The position numbers were made by a program, and so were the translations under genes. Positions 1 through 7,709 of a stretch of DNA of 64,000 nucleotides are shown in pieces. Each line of letters begins with the position of its first letter. Within the stretch, counting starts at the first letter, position 1. Source of the DNA: an uncultured Porphyromonadaceae bacterium (lineage in GTDB: Bacteria; Bacteroidota; Bacteroidia; Bacteroidales; UBA12481); NCBI GenBank assembly GCA_964512915.1, contig CAZEKJ010000005.1, forward strand, positions 10,394-74,393, given 5' to 3'. The notes under the pieces were generated by a model. That model was not told the origin of the DNA and ran no database searches. It saw nothing but the letters and a program-made list of their open reading frames with translations.

Positions 1-839
1 GGTGGGCTGCTTTTGTAATTGTTGATGATGAAGTTGGCAACCAGCCGGGGAGTTTCAATGGGAAAATGGTGACCTTCTGAATCCTGCAGGCCTTGGGTGC
101 ATGGAACCACAGTGGCAATACCTCCAAGCCTGATGTAGCGATTCACCAGGACCATGGTGTTGAGTTCCGGCGGCACCACTGCATCGTTCAAGCCAATCAA
201 ATGAAGGATCGGAACTTTTGCCTTTGCAAGGGCATCCAGATTATCTATCGGGTTGTCGGTATAAGCAAGTGCTTCAGCATCATTCTTAAAGCCATACATT
301 TCAAGGATCAGCCTCCAGTCGGAATCGCTGCGTTTTCCTCCGGTAAAGGCACCGGGCCAGGTTTTGAAATCGCAAACCGGAGCTTCGGCATAGATGCAAC
401 TTACTTTATCGGGATATTTTTTAGCGAAGTTGTATACATAAAGTCCACCCCTGCTGACACCTTCTAAAGCTACTTTTGAGTAGAAATTATGAGTCGATAT
501 CAGGTAATTAAAATACTCGATCCAAGCTTCAACAGCTTTTGGACTGCCGATTAATTCATCAGTATTAATATAGGTTACATAAAAACCCTCGGTAAGAAGA
601 ATGCTGTCGATGTCGGTATGCCAGTCCGGAAACCGTGCATTCCAGACCCACGGGTTTCCCGGTGCTGCCTTATCCGGACAAACCACCCGGCAATCACGAT
701 CCTGAAATTTGAAGTCATACCGGGTAAATCCTTTCCAGGTAGTTTTTGTACCCGGAAAGTGGGTTTGAGCCTGTGCAGGTGAAATGGAAACCCCAAACGT
801 AAGGGTAAACAAGCAGACGATGAGAGAATTGAATTTCAT
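1..839 (-). CDS. secreted alpha/beta-hydrolase-fold esterase (C-terminus lies beyond window start)
   Basis: Missing from the ORF track because its stop lies left of position 1. Hand translation from ATG at 839-837 gives MKFNSLIVCLFTLTFGVSISPAQAQTHFPGTK..., a signal peptide. Further on is a G-x-S-x-G elbow (LEGVSRGGLYVY), and the frame stays open to position 1. Track ORFs 93..467(+) and 575..796(-) are out-of-frame shadows. Confidence 0.6.
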   Translation of the reverse strand, partial: MKFNSLIVCLFTLTFGVSISPAQAQTHFPGTKTTWKGFTRYDFKFQDRDCRVVCPDKAAPGNPWVWNARFPDWHTDIDSILLTEGFYVTYINTDELIGSPKAVEAWIEYFNYLISTHNFYSKVALEGVSRGGLYVYNFAKKYPDKVSCIYAEAPVCDFKTWPGAFTGGKRSDSDWRLILEMYGFKNDAEALAYTDNPIDNLDALAKAKVPILHLIGLNDAVVPPELNTMVLVNRYIRLGGIATVVPCTQGLQDSEGHHFPIETPRLVANFIINNYKSSP

Positions 840-903
840 AAGGGTTTAAATATCAAGGTGAACGCGATCCCCGCTTTCGGGCAGGGCATGTGCTTCAAAA
901 CTT

Positions 904-930
904 GGGATCCTGACTTTCGTCAGGATGACA
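904..930 (-). repeat. GTCATCC-N4-GAAR-N4-GGATC hairpin element (copy 1; stem ATCCTGAC/GTCAGGAT, loop GAAA on minus strand)
   Basis: The reverse complement reads TGTCATCCTGACGAAAGTCAGGATCCC. Perfect 8-bp stem. A degenerate second copy lies at about 866-893. Confidence 0.7.
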
Positions 931-938
931 GTTCTGGC

Positions 939-992
939 CAACCGGCAACCGGTAACCGGTAACCGGTAACTAGCAACCAGCAACCAGCAACT
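939..992. repeat. heptamer tandem array (CAACCGG/TAACCGG/CAACCAG, ~7.7 units), preceded by junction TTCTGGCC (932-939)
   Basis: Counted by hand with period 7. The last unit, CAACTA, supplies the TAG stop of the symporter gene. Confidence 0.9.
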
Positions 993-2919
993 ATTTTCTC
1001 TGAATGTACCCCGAATCCTTATGGTCCCTCACCATCGTGCGGAGCGCGTGGATCATCTCTTTCAGGTTTTTCAGGCCGCCGATTGTGAACCAGATGGTTA
1101 CGATAATGGAGGTAATCAGGTAAATCCAGGTATAGATTTTCCAGAATGACATCCAGGTTTCGTTTTTCACTTCGGTGGTGAGATTGTATATCGTTCCGAT
1201 GATGAACACAATGGTCCATGCTGCCGTCCATGTATAGGTTGCGATCAGGATCCCTTTATCGGATTTTGTAAATTCCTTGGTTGCTCCCATCACTTTCCAT
1301 CCTTTCACGGCTTCAGCCTCCTCAACCACATTGGTTTCACCCACAATGGCGTACTTCCCGCGGTGCAGCATTTTGTCCATGTTGTATGGCTCTTTCGAGG
1401 TGATCAGGGATACAATAAAATAGATCAATGCGCCTGATATCATTGCGATAAACCAGAACCACTGTCCGTTGATCGGGAAGTCTTTAACCACGGAGTTAAG
1501 CACGATCCCGGTAGTGGCGATTGTGGCTCCGGCGATCATGGCCGACCAGGCACCGGCAGTAGTTCCCCGCTTCCAATAAAGCCCGCCGATGATGGCCGCA
1601 CCGGACCCGCCCACATAAATGGCGCCGGAGATGGCAAGGAACAGGAATACTTTTTCGGTTTGCTGGAACAGGATGCTGAGGATGAAAATGGTGATGCCCA
1701 CCCCAAGAATGGAGAGTTTCAGGTATTTCAGATGCTGTGCCTGCTCGAACGGTTTCTTCCTGAAAGGCATGATGCAGTCCTGAATGAAAATACTTCCCCA
1801 GGAGTGCATATAGGTGTTGTGAACCGTGATGGAGGCTGCCAGCATGATGGCGGCAAAGGCTCCCTTGAAACCGATGGGGAGGAGATAGTTCAGAACCATC
1901 GGGGTCCTGAGCTGACTTTGCATGGCTTCGGTGCCGGCGCCGGCCAGGGTGCCGTTAATGCTGGCAGCGATATCCTTGAAATCAACATGATTATAAATAG
2001 TATAGGCTACTATCGGGATAAAGACCAGAAACAGTCCCCATTGCGGGATCAGGCGCCAGTTTGTAAGCAAATCAGCCATCTTTGCCTCATGTGCATTTTT
2101 TGCTGCCACGTTGAATGAACTGTTGCCCTGCCAGGAAAGCTTGGTATACACAAGACCAAACATCCCGATAAAGAAAAACCAGATATTAAAATCCTGTACC
2201 TTGCTGGATTGGAATGGGTTGATGAGGGAGGCATCCTTTGGTGCAGCCTCCATGGCTTGTGAAATATGGGCCCAATCAACTTTAATTATCAGCAGAATAA
2301 CTATTGCTACGAAAACGATGTTAACGAAAACCCCCTGGATAAAGTCAGTGAACATTACCGCAACATGGCCGCCGGTGAGGGTAAAGAATAACGGGATGGC
2401 CACAATGAGCGCTGTGATCAGGATAAAGGTGGCCGAATAGGGCCCGATTTGCCCGACTTCCGGAATCCCGCAGAAATAGATGAAGAATCGGGCGGTTACT
2501 GAGGGGAAGATCACCATATTGACGATCCCGGAGAGGAAGGCGAGAAAACCGGAGAATATGCGGAAGCCGCGGCTATAGCGTACCTCAAAGAACTGGGCCA
2601 TCGTCATCACGCGGGTCTGCCGGTAGCGGTAAACCACCCATCCGGTTACGCTTATCCCAACCAGGAGAATTGTTGTAAGCATCTCCCACCATCGGGCATT
2701 GAAGCCGGCAGAGAAATTCTGTTCCATCACCCCCACAATGGTGATCGCACCCAGTGCGGCCGTACCGTGAAACATCGAGATTATGTAACGTCCGCCCGTC
2801 CGGCCGGTTGCCAAAAAATCACTCACGCTGTGCATCAGCTTCTTGCTCAGGAAAACCAGTCCGAACATCAGGGCCAGCAGCGCTGCAACGATTGCCCAAT
2901 CGATCACAGTAAGGTTCAT
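991..2919 (-). CDS. sodium:solute symporter (SSF) family transporter
   Basis: 642-aa polytopic membrane ORF with many hydrophobic segments and an N-terminal region typical of SSF permeases. It is co-oriented with the glycoside phosphorylase genes. Confidence 0.8.
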   Translation of the reverse strand: MNLTVIDWAIVAALLALMFGLVFLSKKLMHSVSDFLATGRTGGRYIISMFHGTAALGAITIVGVMEQNFSAGFNARWWEMLTTILLVGISVTGWVVYRYRQTRVMTMAQFFEVRYSRGFRIFSGFLAFLSGIVNMVIFPSVTARFFIYFCGIPEVGQIGPYSATFILITALIVAIPLFFTLTGGHVAVMFTDFIQGVFVNIVFVAIVILLIIKVDWAHISQAMEAAPKDASLINPFQSSKVQDFNIWFFFIGMFGLVYTKLSWQGNSSFNVAAKNAHEAKMADLLTNWRLIPQWGLFLVFIPIVAYTIYNHVDFKDIAASINGTLAGAGTEAMQSQLRTPMVLNYLLPIGFKGAFAAIMLAASITVHNTYMHSWGSIFIQDCIMPFRKKPFEQAQHLKYLKLSILGVGITIFILSILFQQTEKVFLFLAISGAIYVGGSGAAIIGGLYWKRGTTAGAWSAMIAGATIATTGIVLNSVVKDFPINGQWFWFIAMISGALIYFIVSLITSKEPYNMDKMLHRGKYAIVGETNVVEEAEAVKGWKVMGATKEFTKSDKGILIATYTWTAAWTIVFIIGTIYNLTTEVKNETWMSFWKIYTWIYLITSIIVTIWFTIGGLKNLKEMIHALRTMVRDHKDSGYIQRK

Positions 2920-2935
2920 AGTTGTTAGATATTTT

Positions 2936-3140
2936 TAAATCTCAAATCTCAAAAAACAAATCTCAAATAAGCTCCAAAAAACAAATCACAAATCACAAAA
3001 AACAAATCTCAAATCACAAAAACCAAAAACCAAATAAGCTCCAATCCTCAAGCTCCAAAAATTCAAACAGTGCGAGTTTGGGGTTTTGAGTTTTGGTTTT
3101 TGGAGCTTATTTGGTTTTTGTTTTTTGTGGTTTGAGGTTT
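2936..3140. repeat. composite C/A-rich arm + unique core + T/G-rich arm (long imperfect hairpin)
   Basis: AAATCTC/AAATCAC/AAAACCA units. Perfect 21-nt stem, CAAAAACCAAATAAGCTCCAA (3024-3044) against TTGGAGCTTATTTGGTTTTTG (3100-3120). The loop holds the core TTCAAACAGTGCGAGTTTGGGG. Confidence 0.85.
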
Positions 3141-3146
3141 ATTATG

Positions 3147-4103
3147 TTATCCGCAATTCATCATTAATTCCGCGATCGTTGACACGGCCAGCCCCACGCA
3201 CGTATCCGCCGCCCCGTAGTAAACGTACACTTCACTTTCGGGTTTGGCAAATCCTTCGGCATCAAAATCATGTACGATGATCCCGCTGGGGAACACCACG
3301 TTCGGTACCTGTCCGGCCAATTCCCATATCTCTCTTGGCTCCAGTATGTTATAGAATCCACGGCTGATTACCTTCGATGGATCATTCAGATCAAGGAGCA
3401 TTACCCCTGCCTGATATATATTGGCGCTGCCGAAATGGGTGGCCACCCCGTGATATATATGAAGCCATCCTTCCCGTGTTTTCACCGGCGGCGGACCGCT
3501 GCCGATAAACTCATCCCAGTAGTGGAACCTCCCGTCGATCACCGGTGCAACAGGTTGCCAGTCAATCAAGTTCTCTGATGAGGACAGCCAGATGGTGCTT
3601 CCAGATGATGGGCCACCGGTGTGGCGGGCCTTGTTGGGGCGGTCGAGCCGCATGTATCTCCCATTGATTTTCTCCGGAAACAGCACCCCGTTCCGTATAT
3701 CTTCATTTGAGGTGATCCCCAGGAACTTAAACTCCTTAAAATCATCAGTCTGGCCCAATCCCAGCTGGCACCCGGCATCCATGTCCATCGCAAACATGAT
3801 ATAATACGTGCCTTCGAGAAAGGTGATCCGGGCATCATAAATATGGTAGACCTTCTCCTTGATTTTTTCAATCCCCTTAAAATCAACGATATGGTCTTCC
3901 GCTTTGAAGTGGATGCCATCGGTCGACTCAGCCATCACCATGAATGTTTCACGGGATCGGCTCTGGGTTCGCAGCATCATCAGGTACTTATCGCCAAACT
4001 TAATGGCACCGGGGTTAAAAACCGAGCTGCAGTCGATCAGGTGAGGAGCGATAGCGGGGATATCGCTGCGGGTAAGGATGGGGTTAATCTTGTATCGTTT
4101 CAT
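3147..4103 (-). CDS. GH130 beta-mannoside phosphorylase (short, BT1033/RaMP2-like size class)
   Basis: 318 aa. Contains SVFNPGAIKFGDKYLMMLR, IYDARITF, RNGVLFPEKINGRYMRLDRPN and GWLHIYHGV, which match the GH130 five-bladed propeller phosphorylase pattern. Confidence 0.85.
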   Translation of the reverse strand: MKRYKINPILTRSDIPAIAPHLIDCSSVFNPGAIKFGDKYLMMLRTQSRSRETFMVMAESTDGIHFKAEDHIVDFKGIEKIKEKVYHIYDARITFLEGTYYIMFAMDMDAGCQLGLGQTDDFKEFKFLGITSNEDIRNGVLFPEKINGRYMRLDRPNKARHTGGPSSGSTIWLSSSENLIDWQPVAPVIDGRFHYWDEFIGSGPPPVKTREGWLHIYHGVATHFGSANIYQAGVMLLDLNDPSKVISRGFYNILEPREIWELAGQVPNVVFPSGIIVHDFDAEGFAKPESEVYVYYGAADTCVGLAVSTIAELMMNCG

Positions 4104-4115
4104 TGTTGATGTTTA

Positions 4116-4303
4116 TATCTCAAATCTCAAATATCAAATTTCAAAAAACAAATAAATCTCAAAAACCAAAACTCAAAACCCCAAACTCGCACTGTTTGAA
4201 ATTTTGTGGTTTGAGAATTGGAGCTTATTTGAGATTTGTTTTTTGTGGTTTGAGGTTTGTCTTTTGGAGCTTATTTGCTTTTTGGATATTGTTGTTTGTG
4301 GTT
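4116..4303. repeat. composite C/A-rich arm + core (inverted) + T/G-rich arm, same family as 2936-3140
   Basis: Contains the exact reverse complement (4163-4200) of 3062-3099, plus two TTGGAGCTTATTTG-initiated 41-nt modules (4218-4258 and 4264-4304). Confidence 0.85.
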
Positions 4304-4310
4304 TCATAGG

Positions 4311-4661
4311 TTATTGTGATTTCAACAGTATTGCTGAAAGTATCTTTTTAAGTTCTTCGGATTCCTTCATAAGAGCCAGACCTTCGGCCTGATATTTATC
4401 TTCATTTGTTTCTGTGATAAGTCTAAGCCAATATTGGCTCTCTTTTGCTTCTTTCCGACAAATTTTGATCCTCATTACAAAGTCTTTCTTGCTCAGGGCT
4501 TCATTCGCCTCGATATAATTTGCTCCAACGGATCCTGATGATCGAACCACTTGTTTGCCATATTCTACATTTGAAATGTCCTTAACTAATCCTTTTATGA
4601 AAAGAGCAACCCTCTTCGAAAACTGAAAAGTCCTCTCCTCTAAATCATTACGCTGCCCCAT
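4311..4661 (-). CDS. four-helix-bundle protein (23S rRNA intervening-sequence protein / Avd-like family)
   Basis: 116 aa. QVVRSSGSVGANYIEANEALSKKDFVMRIKICRKEAKESQYWLRLI matches the family signature (R-S-x-S-I-x-A-N-I-A-E-G ... E-x-x-Y-W-L). Two hand-counted 60-nt samples gave 35-38% G+C, against 47% for a sample of the adjacent GH94 gene. Confidence 0.8.
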   Translation of the reverse strand: MGQRNDLEERTFQFSKRVALFIKGLVKDISNVEYGKQVVRSSGSVGANYIEANEALSKKDFVMRIKICRKEAKESQYWLRLITETNEDKYQAEGLALMKESEELKKILSAILLKSQ

Positions 4662-4664
4662 TGC

Positions 4665-4737
4665 TGTTTGTTTTTTTGATTTTTGATTATTGGAGCTTAT
4701 TTGATATTTGTTTTTTGTGATTTGTGATTTGTGATTT
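4665..4737. repeat. T/G-rich arm with 41-nt module (4690-4730), same family as 3100-3140
   Basis: TTGGAGCTTATTTGATATTTGTTTTTTGTGATTTGTGATTT. It ends 6 nt before the GH94 stop codon. Confidence 0.85.
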
Positions 4738-7145
4738 TACCCCAGCATTACCTCAACATGGCAAACCTCCTTGTCTGTCAATGGAATCCGATAGTCTACT
4801 CCCTTAACTATCTCAACTCCCTCAACTAGAACTTTCCTCACACCGCTCTCTTTCCCCTCCGGATTCAGCACGTGTATGATGTAACGTGTTCCCCGGTGCA
4901 CCCTTTCCATGGTAAATTCTTTCCAGTCTGAAGGAATGGTAGGATCGATGATCAGACCGTCATAGCCTGCGCGGGCGCCGAAGATGTAGTCGAACACCAC
5001 CCGGTACATCCAGGCGGCGGTTCCGGTTTGCCAGGAATGACTGGCCCGGCCGGCGGTTTCATGCTCGTCGCTGGTGATGTACTGGGAGTAAACATAAGGC
5101 TCGGCGAAGAAGGTATCGGAGTCAATGCGGTTCGGCAGCATCTTTTTGTAATAGCGGAAGGCTTCATTGCCATGACCCAGCATGCACTCTGCCTGAATCA
5201 GCCAGGTAGTGGGGTGGCCAAAGATGGCACCGTTCTCCTTTTTGCCCCATACACAGCGGGTTACCAATCCGATTTTGGGATCGATCTCCCGATAGGCCGG
5301 CGTGCATTTCTTCGGACCCTGTTCACTGTCGAGATGCGTGCGGATGCTTTCAAGAGCCTGCTCCTGGCGCTTGGGATCGAGTCCCGCCAGCACAGCCCAG
5401 GTTTGTGTGTTGATAAAAATCTTCCCGTATTTATTGTCCTTTGCCCCGATGCGCTTCTGGTTCTCGCCAAATGCCCGGATATACCAGTCACCGTCCCAGC
5501 AGTTGTCGTCCAGGGATTTAGCCATCCTGCTGGTCACTTCCTCAACAGCCGACTTCAGATCGGGCTTTTCAATCCTTGCCAGCAGTTCGATCAGCAGGTT
5601 CAGCATGGATACATAGAACATACCGCCCCAGACGCTCTCCCCGCCATCATCGCCGCCGATGTAATCCAGCGTGTCGTTCCAGTCGCCCCGGCCAAAAATA
5701 GGGAGTCCATGAGCCCCGAGATTTCCCTTTACGAAAGTGACAACGGCCATCAGGTGGTCGAGAATGGTTCCCGAAGTTCCATCATTATAGGGCTGAACCT
5801 CACTCAATATGCCAAAATCTCCGGTTTCTTTGATATAGTCCGTCACCGCCAGGATAAACCACAGCGGATCGTCGCAATGCTTGGTATACTCGCCCTGACC
5901 ATCGCCGTGGAAGTGATGGTACACTTTTCCATCGCCCCGCATCTGTCTGGCTAACATCAGGATACGTTGTTTGGCCTTGTCCGGATAGGAGATGGTTACC
6001 GCAATGGTATCCTGGGCTGTATCCCGGAACCCGAATCCCCTGCCGATCCCCCAGTAATAAAAACTGGTTACCCTCCCAATGTCAAACGCCACCTTGGCCT
6101 GGTAGGGCGACCAGCCGTTCATGAAAATATTCACATCCTGATCCGGAGTCTGAACTTTGGTGTGCGCAAAATACGCATCCCAGTATTGACGGACCTCGGC
6201 GAAGGCCTGCTCAACCTCCCTTTTATCCTGATACTTTAATACTTCATACTTTCCTTTTGCCTTCCTGCCCTCTTGCCCTCTGCCTTCGAAATCCGTTTTC
6301 GGAATCACGCCCAACTGAAAGATTACATCCCGGATTTCACCCGGAGCAAGTTCTATCTCGATTTGTATCGCCCCAACCGTGTTTCCAAAATCCGTGTCTT
6401 TACATCGTAAGTTGCCGGTTTCCAGGGCAATCGGGTTGGTTTCGTTCCGGTAAAACCCGATGAACTCCTCGCGGATCGTCTCATATTTAGTAATCGGGTG
6501 GTTAACCGTGAAGAAAGCCCACTGGTCCCACTCCTTGTTTTCCTGCTGCTGGGTTCCTTTGGTTTCGGTAACCCAGTAGGTCTTGGTGCCGAAAATCGAG
6601 TTTAATTCCTTATCCAGATAGACACGGTTAAAGTGCTGGTCATCACACTGATTAATAAGATCCACCAGCGCATGACCCAGCGCAAACTCTACATAACCGG
6701 TTATTTTTAGCCGTCGCTTTTTATCAGATTTGTTTGTCAGGACGGACTTCCAGATCTCGCGGTTATCGGTTCTCGGGACAAAAAACAGGAGTTCCGACTG
6801 AATTCCTTCAATTTCAGATTCCACGCGGGTATAACCGAATCCGTGCGCCACCCGGTATTTCTCCAGATGGTTGCCTACGGGCTGCCAGGTGAGGCTCCAC
6901 ATTTCGCCGCTGTCCTGGTCCTGAATATAGATGTATTTTCCGGGCCGGTCGGCTGGTACGTCGTTGATCCGGTACCGCGTGATCCGTCCGTGCAGGGGAA
7001 TCCGGTGGTAGCTGATGCCGCCGCCGTTGGCAGAGATGGTTGAGAAATATTCGTTATTATAAATGTAATTGATCCATGGGCGCGGAGTGGCCACATTATC
7101 AATGATATACTCCCGGCCATCTGCCGAGAAATGTCCGTAATTCAT
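4737..7145 (-). CDS. GH94 glycoside phosphorylase (cellobiose/chitobiose phosphorylase family)
   Basis: 802 aa. The N-terminus GREYIIDNVATPRPWINYI...GGGISYH...RITRYRINDVPADRPGKYIYIQD and the overall length are typical of GH94. Confidence 0.85.
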   Translation of the reverse strand: MNYGHFSADGREYIIDNVATPRPWINYIYNNEYFSTISANGGGISYHRIPLHGRITRYRINDVPADRPGKYIYIQDQDSGEMWSLTWQPVGNHLEKYRVAHGFGYTRVESEIEGIQSELLFFVPRTDNREIWKSVLTNKSDKKRRLKITGYVEFALGHALVDLINQCDDQHFNRVYLDKELNSIFGTKTYWVTETKGTQQQENKEWDQWAFFTVNHPITKYETIREEFIGFYRNETNPIALETGNLRCKDTDFGNTVGAIQIEIELAPGEIRDVIFQLGVIPKTDFEGRGQEGRKAKGKYEVLKYQDKREVEQAFAEVRQYWDAYFAHTKVQTPDQDVNIFMNGWSPYQAKVAFDIGRVTSFYYWGIGRGFGFRDTAQDTIAVTISYPDKAKQRILMLARQMRGDGKVYHHFHGDGQGEYTKHCDDPLWFILAVTDYIKETGDFGILSEVQPYNDGTSGTILDHLMAVVTFVKGNLGAHGLPIFGRGDWNDTLDYIGGDDGGESVWGGMFYVSMLNLLIELLARIEKPDLKSAVEEVTSRMAKSLDDNCWDGDWYIRAFGENQKRIGAKDNKYGKIFINTQTWAVLAGLDPKRQEQALESIRTHLDSEQGPKKCTPAYREIDPKIGLVTRCVWGKKENGAIFGHPTTWLIQAECMLGHGNEAFRYYKKMLPNRIDSDTFFAEPYVYSQYITSDEHETAGRASHSWQTGTAAWMYRVVFDYIFGARAGYDGLIIDPTIPSDWKEFTMERVHRGTRYIIHVLNPEGKESGVRKVLVEGVEIVKGVDYRIPLTDKEVCHVEVMLG

Positions 7146-7166
7146 GCCAGTTTAGTTTCAGGCGAA

Positions 7167-7201
7167 GATAAAAAAAATGTAAGGGCGAGCTGCGCTCGCC
7201 C
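7167..7201 (-). terminator. intrinsic-terminator-like hairpin + T8 on the minus strand, 22 nt upstream of the GH94 start
   Basis: Stem GGGCGAGC (7183-7190) / GCTCGCCC (7194-7201) with a 3-nt loop. On the minus strand it is followed by TTACATTTTTTTT (A-run 7170-7177 on plus). Confidence 0.45.
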
Positions 7202-7222
7202 GTTTTGGCATGAGCACAGTGG

Positions 7223-7266
7223 GGGCACAAGGGCACAAGGGCACAAGGGCATAAGGGCATAGGGGG
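7223..7266. repeat. octamer tandem array GGGCACAA/GGGCATAA (~5.5 units)
   Basis: Counted by hand with period 8. Confidence 0.9.
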
Positions 7267-7273
7267 GTGCACT

Positions 7274-7300
7274 TGTCATCCCTGCGAAGGCGGGGATCCC
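7274..7300 (+). repeat. GTCATCC-N4-GAAR-N4-GGATC hairpin element (copy 2; stem ATCCCTGC/GCGGGGAT with one T-G wobble, loop GAAG)
   Basis: TGTCATCCCTGCGAAGGCGGGGATCCC. Confidence 0.7.
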
Positions 7301-7311
7301 CTCCCTCAATG

Positions 7312-7586
7312 CTAATTCTTACAAAAAAGCTGCTCTTTTGGTGGCTTCTCTACTTCCATCAGGAAGCCCATCATGTCCTCAAAGTCGCCGAGCATCCCGC
7401 ACAGAGACACCGGCTGAATCAGCGCTGTTCAGCAAATCCAGAACTTCTTCATTGACTAATACAGCCGTGCTGGCTTCATACAGATCTTTAAAGTATTTCC
7501 AGGAAAGAAGCCCTATGGTGGAGGTTTTGCAGAAAAGGGTTCGTCTTAAAGGGCAGTTTAAACTGAGTGGGGTTCTCGTTTTCCAT
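7312..7586 (-). pseudogene. possible decayed small gene (three consecutive reading segments separated by two +1 shifts)
   Basis: Hand translation gives three segments. Segment 1 is MENENPTQFKLPFKTNPFLQNLHHRASFLEIL*. Segment 2 is KDLYEASTAVLVNEEVLDLLNSADSAGVSVRDARRL*. Segment 3 is DFEDMMGFLMEVEKPPKEQLFCKN*. The terminator-like hairpin at 7167-7201 lies downstream. No family recognised. Confidence 0.2.
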
Positions 7587-7709
7587 CTTTTGTGTGGTTT
7601 TCAGGCAGACATATTCTCCCGTTAATACATTAATAGCAAAAGCCGGCAAAAAGTTACCGGGGTTGTGAAAAAAAATAGTAATACTTTAGAGACGTAATCA
7701 ACTCATTAC

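Noticed and set aside
5028-5954. Long antisense ORFs in the track. Examples are 5028..5954(+), 41111..42076(+), 49276..50040(+), 60632..61324(+), 22782..23330(+), 28606..29088(+), 45820..46452(+) and 51278..51775(+).
   Set aside because: Each lies entirely opposite a well-supported gene with clear family motifs. Their products are low-complexity (Arg/Gly/Pro/Ser-rich) with no recognisable domains, so they are typical shadow ORFs.
7267-7625. Plus-strand ORFs 7267..7455 and 7338..7625 as real genes
   Set aside because: They overlap each other and have non-ATG or weak starts. Their products are Ser/Arg/Pro-rich. The opposite strand shows a more protein-like, though frameshifted, reading, and a terminator for that strand lies downstream.
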